From Candidatus Vampirococcus lugosii (GTDB taxonomy: Bacteria; Patescibacteriota; Gracilibacteria; Absconditabacterales; Absconditicoccaceae): a DNA stretch of 15,583 nucleotides. Position 1 is the first letter of the stretch; the number at the start of each line of letters is the position of its first letter. The stretch lies in contig NZ_JAEDAM010000019.1 of assembly GCF_018420025.1 (NCBI RefSeq), forward strand, positions 1 through 15,583, in the 5' to 3' direction. Both the position numbers and the translations under genes were made by a program. Shown piece after piece: positions 14,686 to 15,583 of the stretch. The notes under the pieces were generated by a model, which saw only the letters and a list, made by a program, of their open reading frames with translations, did no database searches and was not told where the DNA came from.

Positions 14686-15583
14686 ATGAAAACAAAAATA
14701 AAAAAAATATTTGGAGTGCTTTTTGTTGTTTTATTGCTTTTGATTTGATGAATTACTAAAGCAGATAAACATTTTGTTAGTTGTGATTTGGAGTTCAAAA
14801 TAGGAGATAATATAATATATGAAAATAATAATTCGCAGAAAGTTTTTAGATTTAATACTAAAGGTTCTTTGTTATTTTATACTGATCCAGCAAATATTTA
14901 TTTTGGTTTGGATAATTATACTGGGCTATGATATAATTCATTGTATGTAAATAGAAAATCTTGACAAGATGGGATTAGAGATGTTTCGCCTGAAATACAT
15001 AGATCATCTTTGCCAAATAATTGACTTGAATTTGTAAATACAAGTGGTGATAAGACAATATTATGGTGAGATGATGGTGCTTTAAATTCTAATAGATTTA
15101 TTGCTTATGATGGATTTCAAGCTGGTTGCTCTGATTCTGGTTGGAAAAATGAATTAACTAATAATTGGAATAGATATGATTATACAAATGATCCTGGGAC
15201 TTTTTATCCACAACCACTATGTTGAAATGAAAATGGTAAAGTTTATGCTTGGAATGAAACAAGTTGGGATACACAAGATTTTTGTACAGAAGGAACAGTA
15301 AATCCATCAAATCCAATTTTCCCTGATGAAGGAGAGACTAGGGCATGGACTTGTACCGCTCCTTCTCATAGTCCAGTAACTTGTAGTGCAAGGAGAGAGA
15401 CTGAATCACCTAATGATTGTACAGGTCCAGATTGAGCTATTATTGCTCATGGTGATAGTAGAACTTATTATAAAAATACTGTAGTAGATGGTGAAGAAGA
15501 TGATAATGCTTGTGTATTTGGTGAGTCCACCTTTCCTTGTATTATAGATGGAACAGGTGCAACTGGGGAAAATAATGTTTGTG
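14686..15583 (+). CDS. Secreted cysteine-rich protein, 3'-truncated by the window edge (299 codons visible)
   Basis: ATG 14686; I checked the frame codon by codon to the window end. The signal peptide is MKTKIKKIFGVLFVVLLLLIGGITKA. There are many Cys and W/N/D/T-rich segments (e.g. ETRAWTCTAPSHSPVTCSARRE). The gene is more GC-rich and uses GGN for Gly more than its neighbours do. Confidence 0.85.

Noticed and set aside
14670-14759. 29-codon ORF (MKNNKYENKNKKNIW...) overlapping the start of the secreted-protein gene out of frame
   Set aside because: It is short and low-complexity. The in-frame ATG at 14686 gives a canonical signal peptide, so this is probably not a separate gene.
1-15583. Reading TGA as Trp (table 4, Mycoplasma/Spiroplasma-like) to explain the in-frame TGA codons
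   Set aside because: TGA sits at invariant Gly positions (rubredoxin CxxCG, FNR GTGxAP, DHFR GG, GreA GDxSEN, TPR Gly). Conserved Trp positions use TGG.
1-15583. CRISPR arrays, prophage structural genes, or integrase/att sites
   Set aside because: I saw no spaced direct-repeat array and no recognisable phage or integrase ORF on either strand under table 25.

Overview
This is a very AT-rich bacterial window that only reads sensibly if TGA is a sense codon for glycine (translation table 25, as in Gracilibacteria/Absconditabacteria-type CPR bacteria). The supplied standard-code ORF track breaks almost every real gene into pieces, and several of its ORFs are antisense artefacts. Re-reading with TGA=Gly and only TAA/TAG as stops gives about 16 CDSs, one tRNA and one probable structured RNA. 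From left to right: the 5' end of a possible transposase; a TPR protein; and a minus-strand redox operon made of an FMN-bind-like lipoprotein, a ferric-reductase-TM/rubredoxin/FNR fusion and a 41-aa peptide. Next come a membrane-anchored VirD4/TraG-like ATPase, an ECF sigma factor with a putative anti-sigma membrane protein, and a 918-aa protein ending in a complete HicA toxin domain. After these: an 85-aa protein with an SSB-type acidic ...DEDLPF tail; a GC-enriched transcription unit of about 360 nt with its own promoter and terminator (probable ncRNA, identity unresolved); tRNA-Ser(GGA); an HPF-like protein; GreA; DHFR; two acidic hypothetical proteins; and a Cys-rich secreted protein that runs off the right edge. 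The strongest leads are the HicA fusion, the unclassified RNA island, the redox module and the SSB-tip mini-protein. All calls come from manual translation and motif recall; no database search was run.
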